This document shows positions 21,462 through 30,903 of a DNA stretch of 64,000 nucleotides, one piece after another. The notes under the pieces are model-generated. The model was not told the origin of the DNA. It did not search any database and saw nothing but the letters and a program-made list of their open reading frames with translations. Source of the DNA: Candidatus Omnitrophota bacterium (GTDB lineage Bacteria; Omnitrophota; Gorgyraeia; Duberdicusellales; 4484-171); the NCBI GenBank assembly GCA_043815445.1, contig JBDRIY010000019.1, positions 5,368-69,367 of the forward strand, given 5' to 3'. Numbering within the stretch: position 1 is the stretch's first letter; each line of letters begins with the position of its first letter. Made by a program: the position numbers and the translations under genes.

Positions 21462-22256
21462 TCACAACCCCTCTTGAGCGTCAAGAGAAAAACCAGAAAT
21501 AACTATTTCTCTTACCTTGCTGTATGCCGCTTTATTGGAAGCAATATAACCGATGTCTTTATAGCTAAGCGGCGCGCCTTTAAGGGTAGATAACCTGCCT
21601 CCAGCTTCTTCTATTATACAAGCCCCGCCGGCAAAATCCCAGGGACGATCATGAAACTCTACGGCAAAATCAAGTTTTCCCTCAGCAACATAAGATAGAA
21701 TTCGGACTGATGACCCTAACATTCGGACATTAAATACTTCCTTAGCCAATTTTCCTAAAACATCAAGCATAATTTTAGGAGAATACCTTATGCTGGAATC
21801 AAAAGAAATAGAGCAGTCATTTAAATCACCGTTAGAAGAAACCTTAATCTTTTTACCGTTTTTATAAGCTCCCGACCCTTTTTCTCCTAGATATAATTCA
21901 TCTTCTTTGGGCATATAGATAACTCCGGCCGCGAATTCTCCTTTATGTATTATTCCTATAGATACACCAAAAATATCTATATCGCGCATAAAATTATGCG
22001 TGCCGTCAAGAGGATCAATTATCCACAAATAATCTTTATCAGGATTATCCTTGCCGCTTTCTTCAGCTATGATTCCATGCTGAGGAAAAACGCTTTTAAT
22101 CTTTTTAATAATCATATTTTCCGCTTCTTTATCCAAATTAGTAGCAAAATCCCTGTCGCCTTTTTTTTCAATTCGGCTGATTTTACCAAAATTCTCTAAC
22201 AAAAAGATTCCTGCTTCCTTAGCTGCTTCTGAGGCTATGCTTATAATTTTACTCAT
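21462..22256 (-). CDS. suhB: Inositol monophosphatase family protein
   Basis: AEESG, WIIDPLDGTHNF and PWDFAGG motifs. Confidence 0.9.
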   Translation of the reverse strand: MSKIISIASEAAKEAGIFLLENFGKISRIEKKGDRDFATNLDKEAENMIIKKIKSVFPQHGIIAEESGKDNPDKDYLWIIDPLDGTHNFMRDIDIFGVSIGIIHKGEFAAGVIYMPKEDELYLGEKGSGAYKNGKKIKVSSNGDLNDCSISFDSSIRYSPKIMLDVLGKLAKEVFNVRMLGSSVRILSYVAEGKLDFAVEFHDRPWDFAGGACIIEEAGGRLSTLKGAPLSYKDIGYIASNKAAYSKVREIVISGFSLDAQEGL

Positions 22257-22289
22257 TATTAATCTCCTGATCTTTATAGTATGTCTATT

Positions 22290-22748
22290 TTAATGAAATT
22301 TCTTTAAGGCTCTTTGGGTTTCTTTTTGGACTGCTTTTTCCTTGAGTTTTTTTCTCTTATCAAAGGTATGTTTGCCCTTAGCTAAAGCAACTTCCACTTT
22401 AGCAAGGCCCTTATCATTAAAATAAATCTTCAGAGGGATAATAGTCAGCCCCTTCTGAGTGGTGAATCCTATAAGCTTTTTTATTTCTTTTTTATGGACT
22501 AAAAGCTTTCTTATTCTTTTAGGCTCAGTTTTAAAAAATGAACTTTTTTCAAATTCAGGAATATGCATATTATATAAAAAAAGTTCTTCCCTTTCTACGC
22601 GGGCAAAGCTATCATCAAGAGAACAGCTTTTGGCGCGCAAAGACTTAACCTCATTGCCCCTAAGCTCTATCCCAGCTTCAAAAGCTTCCATAATATGATA
22701 ATTCCTTCCCGCCTTTTTATTCGCCGCCACTATTTTCATTCGCTTCAC
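22290..22748 (-). CDS. smpB: SsrA-binding protein
   Basis: NKKA, EAGIELRGNEVKSLR, RKLLVHKKEI and LAKGK..DKR motifs. Confidence 0.97.
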   Translation of the reverse strand: MKRMKIVAANKKAGRNYHIMEAFEAGIELRGNEVKSLRAKSCSLDDSFARVEREELFLYNMHIPEFEKSSFFKTEPKRIRKLLVHKKEIKKLIGFTTQKGLTIIPLKIYFNDKGLAKVEVALAKGKHTFDKRKKLKEKAVQKETQRALKKFH

Positions 22749-22771
22749 TCATTACACAGATCATCTGTGCC

Positions 22772-23719
22772 TTAAAAAGAGAATCCCGATAATTTCAAAT
22801 ACAACCCTAACCATATAGGAATTGTAACTATGCTTAAAAGATGCGTAAGAAATACTCCTTGGGAAACAAACTCACTATCAGCGCCGCGCATATTAGCTAT
22901 AATAGGCAGCGACGCCGCTGAAGGCATAGCCGCCTGAAGAACTATAAACAAACCTAAAAGAGAAAAAATCTCCAGTCTTATCACTCCAATTAAAAATAAA
23001 AGAGGCAAAATTATTAATTTTAAAAAAGAAGCTTCTCCCACAAAAAATAATTTTTTAGATATACCTTTAAGTTTAATTTTTGCTAACCAAGAACCTAAAA
23101 TTATCGCGGACAGCACAAAGCTCACTTCTCCAATCATTTTAATAGGCTCAACTATTATCGAAGGAATAAATCCTGTTGTCTTAGTGTGTACTAATAGCAA
23201 AGCGATAATAGTGCCTGTTATTGGCGGAGTGAAAATAGACTTGAGGTTAAACTTTTCTCCTTTCTTTTTAAAAATAAAAAAACTTCCTACCGACCACATA
23301 ATAATATTAAAGCCTAAAAGGTTAAGAAAGGTGAATACTAAGAATTTTTCCCGAAGCCCTTGGGGAAAAAGAAAAAAAGCTATACTTATCGGCAAATATC
23401 CCGCATTTTGAAAGCTTATCAAGCTAATAAATTCCCTTTTAAACTCACGCCCGCGCCAAAAACAAGCTATAAACCCTAAAAAACAGCCGGCAGCAAACAA
23501 ACCTATACTTAAAATAATAAAAAACCAAAGCGAATAACCTAATACTATTTCAGAATTTTCAACAAGCTGAGTAAATATCAAAAAAGGTATAGCAAGGTTT
23601 ATAACAAAAAAAGTTAAAAACCGCAGAGTCTCTTCATTAATAATGGCTTTTTTATAAAAATAAAACCCTAAAAGAGCCACCAACGAAAGTTTTATAACTG
23701 CTAAGGAAACTATATCCAT
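22772..23719 (-). CDS. AEC (auxin efflux carrier) family transporter
   Basis: About 10 TM helices, FQNAGYLP and AAMPSAAS. ATG at 23719 preferred. Confidence 0.88.
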   Translation of the reverse strand: MDIVSLAVIKLSLVALLGFYFYKKAIINEETLRFLTFFVINLAIPFLIFTQLVENSEIVLGYSLWFFIILSIGLFAAGCFLGFIACFWRGREFKREFISLISFQNAGYLPISIAFFLFPQGLREKFLVFTFLNLLGFNIIMWSVGSFFIFKKKGEKFNLKSIFTPPITGTIIALLLVHTKTTGFIPSIIVEPIKMIGEVSFVLSAIILGSWLAKIKLKGISKKLFFVGEASFLKLIILPLLFLIGVIRLEIFSLLGLFIVLQAAMPSAASLPIIANMRGADSEFVSQGVFLTHLLSIVTIPIWLGLYLKLSGFSF

Positions 23720-23729
23720 ATTCTTGTTC

Positions 23730-23817
23730 CTTGATACTGGATACTCGATTCTCGATGATAGATACTCGATACTAGATATTTTACGAGTTATCAAGTATCG
23801 AGTATAGGCTTATCGAG
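23730..23817. repeat. Heptamer-periodic inverted repeat, CTCGATA family
   Basis: CTTGATA CTGGATA CTCGATT CTCGATG ... TATCAAG TATCGAG. Confidence 0.85.
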
Positions 23818-23910
23818 GATTAACACCCCTATTTATACCAATAATTAGCCTAAAAAGCAACAGAATTATAGCTGGAGTTTCCCCATATTTTTGACTAATC
23901 AACTCCAGTT

Positions 23911-24089
23911 AAATTTAAAAATTAAAATGCAAAAATCAAAACGACATATCAAAATTTAAAATGATTTAATATCTAATGTTTTCAATGCTTTTCAAACATA
24001 CGAAAAAATATAGGCTATTTTTTGCGGCTTAAAAAACATTTTTATTTTTAAATTGTCATTTTAATGTTTGATATTTAATTTTTGATTTT
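23911..24089. repeat. AT-rich heptamer-periodic inverted repeat (AAAATGC..GACA / TGTCATTTT family)
   Basis: Related copy at 59095-59210. Confidence 0.75.
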
Positions 24090-24128
24090 AGTTTTTCTAT
24101 CCGTCTGTATATGCGGCGGCTTATTTTT

Positions 24129-25622
24129 TTATTCTACTATTTGAATCGCGGTTCTAAAATATCTTCGCGATAAAAATATAATGATGCTAAGAGCAAAATA
24201 ATATACAAATACGGCCCATGCCTCAAAAGTATAAGTGATAAAAGAAAAATTAATATGGCTTAAACTCCTGGTGAGAGCTATAAAATAAGAGATAACTGCC
24301 GATAGAATTTCTCCTATGCCTAAAGCCGCGAAAGTAAAGGGCGAAAAAATAATTAAAATAAAGTTGATTATAAGAATAAAAGTAAATAAAGGAATTAAAA
24401 TTATATTATAGAGCGGGCTTAAAATATACACTTTTCCAAAATAATATGAGACTAAGGGAGTTGAAAATACTCCGATAAAAATAGAACAGCTAAGAATCTG
24501 CTTCAAATAATTCAAAACCATATTTTTGGCTGGCCTTATATTAAAAATTTTAAGTCCTAAAATTATGGCAAAGCAGGCTGTAAATGACAACTGAAAACCT
24601 ACGCTAAAAAGTACTGAGGGATCGATCATGAGAGCGATTATTCCCGCCAAACCTAAAGAATTTAATAAATGGGCCTTTCTTTTGGCGAAAAAACCTAAAA
24701 CAAATACTGAATACATAATTGCCGCCCGCAAAGTAGAAGGGCTTATTCCGGTAAGCAAAGTATAAAACCAAAGGAAAATTAAAGAAATAATAAGGCGAAC
24801 CTCAAATTTCAGGCCAAAAAACCTTAAAATAAAAAATAAAATCAAAGAAGTAAGCCCTAAATGCAGGCCGCTTATAGCTAAAAAGTGGCTTGTCCCAGTG
24901 TCAGAAAAATACTTTTTTTCCTCACCCAAAAGCTCCCTTCTTCCCAAAAATACTGAGCTTAAAAACTTATACCCCTGAACACTGCAATTTTTCTTAAAAA
25001 CATTAAAAATATATAAGGCTGTATTTCGGGTAAAAGAGCTCCCTATCCCTCTGGGAAGTTCAACAATCGGCTCTTTGGCTTTAGCCCAAAGGTAATAAAC
25101 CCCGTTAGAGGCAATCCGCCTCGGGCGGATGCCGCGAAGCGGGCCTCTAACGGGGTAAAAAGACCTTTGCTGATAATCCTTTTTGATTAATTTTCCTCTA
25201 AATTGATAAGATTTCAAATATTCCATTGATTTAGAATAATCTCTAACTCTTACTTTTATTTTTAAAGGTAAAGAATTTACTTTTTGTACGCGGGCGGTAA
25301 AACTATTAGCCAAGCTTGACTCTTTAGGGAGGGAAATAACCTGCAAGCAAATATCATTTCTTTTATCTAAAAATTCTTCAACTCTGGAGAGATTAAAAGA
25401 ACTTATCAGGCAAGCGCCGATAAAGAAAAAAGAAACTAAAATAAAAACATCAGAAACTAAAAACTTGTTTTTTTTATAAAAAAAATAAACAGCTCCTGAA
25501 GAAAATAAACAAAGGAAAAAACTTAAAAAATAAAAAGAAAACCCTCGGCCAAAAATAACCCCTAACCCCAAAGCCAAAAAAACCCAAAAATTCAACAACC
25601 CCGCCAAACACCTCTTTTCCAT
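24129..25622 (-). CDS. comEC: ComEC/Rec2 competence protein (no C-terminal beta-lactamase domain)
   Basis: GTSHFLAISGLH, SPSTLRAAIM and SVGFQLSF motifs. Confidence 0.92.
   Translation of the reverse strand: MEKRCLAGLLNFWVFLALGLGVIFGRGFSFYFLSFFLCLFSSGAVYFFYKKNKFLVSDVFILVSFFFIGACLISSFNLSRVEEFLDKRNDICLQVISLPKESSLANSFTARVQKVNSLPLKIKVRVRDYSKSMEYLKSYQFRGKLIKKDYQQRSFYPVRGPLRGIRPRRIASNGVYYLWAKAKEPIVELPRGIGSSFTRNTALYIFNVFKKNCSVQGYKFLSSVFLGRRELLGEEKKYFSDTGTSHFLAISGLHLGLTSLILFFILRFFGLKFEVRLIISLIFLWFYTLLTGISPSTLRAAIMYSVFVLGFFAKRKAHLLNSLGLAGIIALMIDPSVLFSVGFQLSFTACFAIILGLKIFNIRPAKNMVLNYLKQILSCSIFIGVFSTPLVSYYFGKVYILSPLYNIILIPLFTFILIINFILIIFSPFTFAALGIGEILSAVISYFIALTRSLSHINFSFITYTFEAWAVFVYYFALSIIIFLSRRYFRTAIQIVE
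25096..25159. repeat. In-frame palindromic insert in comEC (60 bp unit)
   Basis: TAAA-CCCCGTTAGAGG...CCTCTAACGGGG-TAAA; TAAA copies are 60 nt apart; encodes PVRGPLRGIRPRRIASNGVY. Confidence 0.85.
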
Positions 25623-25665
25623 TACAACATAACCGATTTAAAAGCAGGTAACCTAATTTATATAA

Positions 25666-25855
25666 TATATTTTAAAAGCCAAGAAAAGTTCTTGTAGCGA
25701 TATAGCGATTTTTAATAAAAAAATACCGTTAAAAAAGCACATTTGTTTGAGTCTCGGTTAAGCCGAGACGAGTTATGTGCTTTTAGGTATTTTTTTATGT
25801 GCCGAAGGCAAAAATTGCGTCTAGAGAAAGAACCTTTCTTGGCTTTTAAAATATA
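25666..25855. mobile_element. MITE-like element between comEA and comEC
   Basis: 27-bp terminal inverted repeats (26/27 match; TATATTTTAAAAGCCAAGAAA(A/G)GTTCT) enclosing nested inverted repeats; no ORF. Confidence 0.65.
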
Positions 25856-25860
25856 CTACC

Positions 25861-26268
25861 TTATTTAAAACAAATATATTCCCCAATAACCCTGGCTTTT
25901 TTCTCCCCAATCCCCTTAACCTCCTCCAAATCCTCAACCACCTTAAATTCCCCAAACTGCTCGCGATATTCAGCTATCCGTCGGGCAGTAACTTCCCCTA
26001 TTCCTTTAATCTCCTGTAATTGCTGAATTGAAGCGCTATTAATATTTACCCCGTTAGAAATCCGTGCCGCAGGCGCGGCAGGCATCTTCGATGACTTGTT
26101 GCTAACGGGGTTTATCTTTTTTGAGCTAGAAATACTTTCCGCGGAATAAATAATCAAATTTGAATTGGCCGGAACAGAGGTTTTAAAATACCTTATCAAG
26201 CTGCCGATCAAAATTAAAACAGCAACAGCTAAAAGAACCTTCCTTTCCTGGTGGGTAAGGCAAAACAT
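25861..26268 (-). CDS. comEA: ComEA-like helix-hairpin-helix DNA-binding protein
   Basis: N-terminal TM helix; NINSAS..QLQEIKGIG...A.RI.EYR...G.F...EDL.EVKGIG. Confidence 0.92.
   Translation of the reverse strand: MFCLTHQERKVLLAVAVLILIGSLIRYFKTSVPANSNLIIYSAESISSSKKINPVSNKSSKMPAAPAARISNGVNINSASIQQLQEIKGIGEVTARRIAEYREQFGEFKVVEDLEEVKGIGEKKARVIGEYICFK
26045..26114. repeat. In-frame palindromic insert in comEA (66 bp unit, opposite orientation)
   Basis: TTTA-CCCCGTTAG...CTAACGGGG-TTTA; repeats are 66 nt apart; encodes PVSNKSSKMPAAPAARISNGVN. Confidence 0.85.
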
Positions 26269-26269
26269 A

Positions 26270-26379
26270 TTCTCGATTCTCGATTCTCGATTCTCGATTC
26301 TCGATACTAGATACTAGATGCTCGATATATTACGAATTATCGAGAATCGTGTATCGAGTATCGAGAATTATCGAGTATC
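26270..26379. repeat. Heptamer-periodic inverted repeat, CTCGAT(T/A)/TATCGAG family
   Basis: (TTCTCGA)x5 followed by a TATCGAG arm. Related copies at 23730-23817, 3082-3113 and 1603-1640. Confidence 0.9.
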
Positions 26380-26383
26380 ATTT

Positions 26384-28840
26384 TTAAGTTACTATATTAA
26401 CTATTTTTCTCTCAATATAGATAATTTTTTTAGGCGGTTTTTGAGAAATTATTTTTTTGATTTTTTCTAAGGCAAGAGCTTTTTGTTTAACTTCTTCTTC
26501 AGGCCAGGCAGTATTCACCTTAAGCCTATCTTTAACTTTACCATTGATTAAGACCGCTATTTCTACTACTTCTTCTTTTAAATATTTATCCTCTGTCTGG
26601 GGCCAGGAATGTTCAAGAATAGACACCTTATTACCTAAAACTTCGTTAACTTCTTCGCTTATATGAGGCATAAAAGGCGCTAAAAGCAGGAAAATTGTCT
26701 CCACCGCAGTTTTAAAAATCTCTTTTTTTAATTCACCGCAAGCTACCCCTTTATAAGTTTGATTTACCAACTCCATGATTCTGCTTATAGCAGTATTAAA
26801 TTGAAAATTTCCTTCTAAATCCTTAGTGACTTCTTTGATAGTCGAATGAATTTTTTTCAAAAGTTCTTTTTCTTCTTGATTATATTCTTTTTCTTCGTTA
26901 GAACAGCCTTTATATTCTTTAAGTATATCAACCAACTTTAAAGCTCTTTGAATAAAACGCCAACACCCCCGCAAACCTTCATCCTGCCATTCAGCGTCTT
27001 TATGCGGCGGGCCCATGAATAAAATATAAAGACGCATTGTATCTGCCCCATATTTCTCAAGTATATAATCAGGAGCAACAACATTACCTTTTGATTTAGA
27101 CATCTTTGCCCCGTCTTTAACAATCATCCCTTGAGTAAATAAGCGCTTGAAAGGTTCGGAAAAATTAATATAGCCTTGATCCTTAAGAAATTTATTTATA
27201 AATCTTGAGTACATAAGATGAAGGATAGCATGTTCAACCCCGCCGATATATTGATCTACCGGAAGCCATTCATTTACATCCTCAGAAAAAAAAGGGCTAT
27301 TTTCTTCTTTAGAGGAAATAAAACGTAGAAAATACCAGCTTGAATCCACAAAAGTATCCATAGTATCGGTTTCACGTCTCGCTTTTTTTCCACACTTAGG
27401 GCATTCAGTATTGATAAACTTTTCAATATAAGTTAAAGGTGACTGTCCTGTAGGCAAAAATTCCTTAATTTCAGGTAATAAAACCGGCGAATCCTTTTCA
27501 GGAACAGGGACCTGTCCGCAGTTATCACAATAAATAATCGGAATAGGCGCTCCCCAATAACGCTGGCGGGAAACCAGCCAATCTCTCAGCTTATAATTAA
27601 CAGCTCTTTTTCCAATATTATTCTTCTCCATATAATCGGCAATTTTTTCCCTTGCCTCTTCCGAAACCATTCCGTTAAACTTCTCAGAATTAACCAAAAA
27701 CCCCTCTCCCTCATAACCCCCCTCAACCAAATCGGACGTCAGACGTCCGATTTTTTCAATAACTTCGACAATCGGCAAATCATACTTTTTAGCAAATTCA
27801 AGATCCCTGCTATCGTGGGCCGGAACGCACATTATCGCCCCAGTTCCATAACCAGAAAGAATATAGTTAGCAATCCAAATAGGTATTTTTTTACCGGTCA
27901 TAGGATTAATAGCGTATTTACCGGTAAAAATACCCTGTTTTTCAAAATTATCTATTAACCGCGCTGATATATCCTGATTTTTTACTTTTTTAATAAACTC
28001 TTGAATATCTCTTTTGTTAGGCGCTTCTTTTATCAGCGCGTCTATACAAGAATGCTCCCAGTTTAAAGCTACAAAAGTTGCCCCGAAAATAGTATCAACT
28101 CGGGTAGTAAAACATTTCAATTCTTCTTTTAAGCCCTCAACTTTAAAATCTATTTCAACTCCGGTTGATTCGCCTATCCAGTTATTCTGCATAAGCTTAA
28201 CTCTCTGAGGCCATTCTTCTAAAAACTCTAAATCATTTAAAAGCCTTTTAGCATAATCAGTTATTTTAAAAAACCACTGTTCTAAGCTTTTCTGTTCAAC
28301 CTCTGTTGAACAGCGTTCGCATTTACCATCAATAACCTGTTCATTGGCCAAGACTGTTTTGCATGATTCACACCAGTTAACTCCTGCTTTTTTACGGTAA
28401 GCCAGGCCCTTTTCGTAAAGCTTTAAAAATATCCACTGAGTCCATTTATAGTAATCCGGCAAGCAAGTAGTGATTTCTCTTTGCCAATCATAGCCAATAC
28501 CCCAGCTTTTTAACTGCTCAGTTATTCTTTTTATATTTTTTAAAGTCCACTCTCGAGGATGAATTTTATGTTTAATAGCCTGGTTTTCCGCCGGAAGCCC
28601 AAAAGCATCCCAACCCATAGGGCTTAAAACATAAAATCCCCGCATTTTTTTATAGCGGGCAACCGCGTCACCAATTACATAATTACGGGCATGGCCGACA
28701 TGAAGCTCACTGGAAGGATAAGGAAACATAACTAAGCAGTAATATTTAGGTTTAGAAGCGCCTTTGGTGTCAACCTTAAAAGTCCCCTGTTCTTCCCAGA
28801 AATTCTGCCATTTTTTATCGATTTCTTTTGTATAAATCAT
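26384..28840 (-). CDS. leuS: Leucine--tRNA ligase
   Basis: MFPYPS..LHVGH, GWDAFGLPAEN, SRQRYWG and KMSKSKGN motifs. Confidence 0.98.
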   Translation of the reverse strand: MIYTKEIDKKWQNFWEEQGTFKVDTKGASKPKYYCLVMFPYPSSELHVGHARNYVIGDAVARYKKMRGFYVLSPMGWDAFGLPAENQAIKHKIHPREWTLKNIKRITEQLKSWGIGYDWQREITTCLPDYYKWTQWIFLKLYEKGLAYRKKAGVNWCESCKTVLANEQVIDGKCERCSTEVEQKSLEQWFFKITDYAKRLLNDLEFLEEWPQRVKLMQNNWIGESTGVEIDFKVEGLKEELKCFTTRVDTIFGATFVALNWEHSCIDALIKEAPNKRDIQEFIKKVKNQDISARLIDNFEKQGIFTGKYAINPMTGKKIPIWIANYILSGYGTGAIMCVPAHDSRDLEFAKKYDLPIVEVIEKIGRLTSDLVEGGYEGEGFLVNSEKFNGMVSEEAREKIADYMEKNNIGKRAVNYKLRDWLVSRQRYWGAPIPIIYCDNCGQVPVPEKDSPVLLPEIKEFLPTGQSPLTYIEKFINTECPKCGKKARRETDTMDTFVDSSWYFLRFISSKEENSPFFSEDVNEWLPVDQYIGGVEHAILHLMYSRFINKFLKDQGYINFSEPFKRLFTQGMIVKDGAKMSKSKGNVVAPDYILEKYGADTMRLYILFMGPPHKDAEWQDEGLRGCWRFIQRALKLVDILKEYKGCSNEEKEYNQEEKELLKKIHSTIKEVTKDLEGNFQFNTAISRIMELVNQTYKGVACGELKKEIFKTAVETIFLLLAPFMPHISEEVNEVLGNKVSILEHSWPQTEDKYLKEEVVEIAVLINGKVKDRLKVNTAWPEEEVKQKALALEKIKKIISQKPPKKIIYIERKIVNIVT

Positions 28841-28872
28841 CTTCTATCATTTTATTAATGAAACGGGCATAC

Positions 28873-29751
28873 TTATGCCTGTTGGGGTGCCCGTTTCTTA
28901 TCTAAATATAATTTCCTCACAACATTCAAATTTTTCTTTCCGCCATCCTCATCTTTATTAGGTGTTTCTAAGATAAAAGGCAGATTCTTTAGCTTAGGGT
29001 GGTTAAAGACAAGAGATAAACCTTTTTTGCCTATTAATCCTTGGCCTATATCAGCATGGCGGTCAATTTTTGAACCAAGTTCTTCTTTAGTATCATTAAG
29101 ATGAATTACTTTTAAACGCTCTAAGCCAACCTCTTTATCAATTTCTTTTAAAAGGCTGTTTAGGCCTACAGCATCATTTATTTTATACCCTGCGGCCCAA
29201 GCATGAGCAGTATCTAAACAAATTCCAATCCGCTCAGGATTATTCAGCTTTTCCATAATAAACTTAAAATGAGAGAAATTATAACCCAACCAGCATCCGC
29301 TTCCTGAAGTATTTTCTAAAGCAACAAGTGTTTTAACGCCTTTGGTTTCTTTTAAAATTTTATTTAAAGCATTAGCTATCCTTAAAAGCCCTCCCTCTTC
29401 AGTAGTGCCCTTGTAAGAACCCATATGAGTTACAAGATAATCCGCGCCTATGCTGTCGGCTTCAACAAGATCAGCTATAAATTCTTTTATAGTTATTTTA
29501 TGAAAACTATGCTTAGGCGAAGCTAAGTTAAGAATATAAGGAATATGAATTACTACCGGGCTTATTTTTTCTTTTCTTATTCTTTCCTTGAATATCTTTA
29601 TATCTTCTTTACTTAAAGAGGACGTTCTCCATTGCCGAGGATTGCGGGAAAAAATCTGCATTGTATTACAACCCAGCTTTTTAGCCCGTTCTACAGAATC
29701 ATAAATCTTGCCGGCAATAGACACATGTATCCCTAACTTTAACAAAATCAA
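28873..29751 (-). CDS. nfo: Endonuclease IV
   Basis: GIHVSIAG, QIFSRNPRQW, LENTSG, CLDTAH, HLND, DRH and ILETP motifs. Confidence 0.96.
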   Translation of the reverse strand: MILLKLGIHVSIAGKIYDSVERAKKLGCNTMQIFSRNPRQWRTSSLSKEDIKIFKERIRKEKISPVVIHIPYILNLASPKHSFHKITIKEFIADLVEADSIGADYLVTHMGSYKGTTEEGGLLRIANALNKILKETKGVKTLVALENTSGSGCWLGYNFSHFKFIMEKLNNPERIGICLDTAHAWAAGYKINDAVGLNSLLKEIDKEVGLERLKVIHLNDTKEELGSKIDRHADIGQGLIGKKGLSLVFNHPKLKNLPFILETPNKDEDGGKKNLNVVRKLYLDKKRAPQQA

Positions 29752-30019
29752 ACTCCAAAGTCCGTCATATGTATTTTAAAACACCTCCAAACCCTGCCCT
29801 TAAACCATTCTATAAGCATTCTCACCTCCGAAGTTTGCCGCAGGCAATCCTCGAAAGTGAGAAATAGTTTTCATTGAAAATTATATACCAAAAAACTAAA
29901 AAATAAAGTAGTATCTATCAAACCGCCGCCTACCCCCCTGAATTTCTTTTTAGCGCGCGTGCTTTTTAAAAATACTCGTATTTGTTTCTAAGGGCTTGTT
30001 AATCAAAAATTTGAATCTA

Positions 30020-30823
30020 TTACCTTATACCTTTTGTGCTTGCTATTTTCTCTCCCATTCGAACCAAATCTTCTAAAAAAAGCTTTCCCATTGGCTTCAC
30101 ATAAAAACCTTTTATCTCTTTAATACCGAGTTTATCCTTCTCTTTATATTGAATATTAATAATATCGAACCAAGCAAACGGAACTAATATACAATGTTTT
30201 ATCCCCCATTCCATACCGCTACAAGCCCAATCTTGCGACTGCGCGTTCCATTTAAGATTTAAATTTGTTATTAATTTTTTCGTAAATTTTTTAAAATCTA
30301 TCCCGCGCTCAATGCCGCTTATTTCTTTTATGTAAGGTATTAATTCCAGTATTTTATCTTGAATCATCTGCCCAAAATCTCCTTCCGGCATCCAGTTATT
30401 CCAATCCATGCTAAACCACCATGCCAAAATAAGCCATAGTTTTTTCTTGCCTCCATCCATATTGAAAAAATTATCATACTCTGCCCCGGAAAATAAAACA
30501 TCTTTATCATTTACGGCAATACATTCGCTGGCTTCCGCTAATAAATCCATAAAATATATCCTGGGAAAACAATACTCTTCGCGAATTCTGTATATTTTAT
30601 CTCCTATTTTATCTTCCACACGCAAAGGGGTTTTAAGCAAAGCGTTAATCGCGTAAAGATGTTTAACCGGAATCCATCTACACTTAGGTGTTAACTTTAT
30701 TTTATGGCTATTAACATAAGATAAAAATTCTTTAAAATCGCATAGAAAATCTTCTTTTTCAAAACGTTTGTTGAGATCTTCCATAAAAGCGTCAACATCA
30801 AGGAATAAAGGCTCTGTTTTCAT
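30020..30823 (-). CDS. Hypothetical protein resembling the N-terminal region of pRiA4b ORF-3-family proteins
   Basis: DF..FL.YV....IKLT.....IP.K.L..IN.LL..P...P.I pattern recalled from that family. No C-terminal ORF-3 domain is seen. Confidence 0.5.
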   Translation of the reverse strand: MKTEPLFLDVDAFMEDLNKRFEKEDFLCDFKEFLSYVNSHKIKLTPKCRWIPVKHLYAINALLKTPLRVEDKIGDKIYRIREEYCFPRIYFMDLLAEASECIAVNDKDVLFSGAEYDNFFNMDGGKKKLWLILAWWFSMDWNNWMPEGDFGQMIQDKILELIPYIKEISGIERGIDFKKFTKKLITNLNLKWNAQSQDWACSGMEWGIKHCILVPFAWFDIINIQYKEKDKLGIKEIKGFYVKPMGKLFLEDLVRMGEKIASTKGIR

Positions 30824-30903
30824 AAATATTATATTGTTATTTTCAAGAGTCTCTGACTCTCTTTAGAAAAAAAATAGGTGTGCCCCTTTCTTTCTTAGAA
30901 GCT

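Noticed and set aside
21245-22771. tmRNA gene near smpB
   Set aside because: No GGGG..GA...GG.TTCGA 5' end or tag-encoding region is seen in the flanking spacers.
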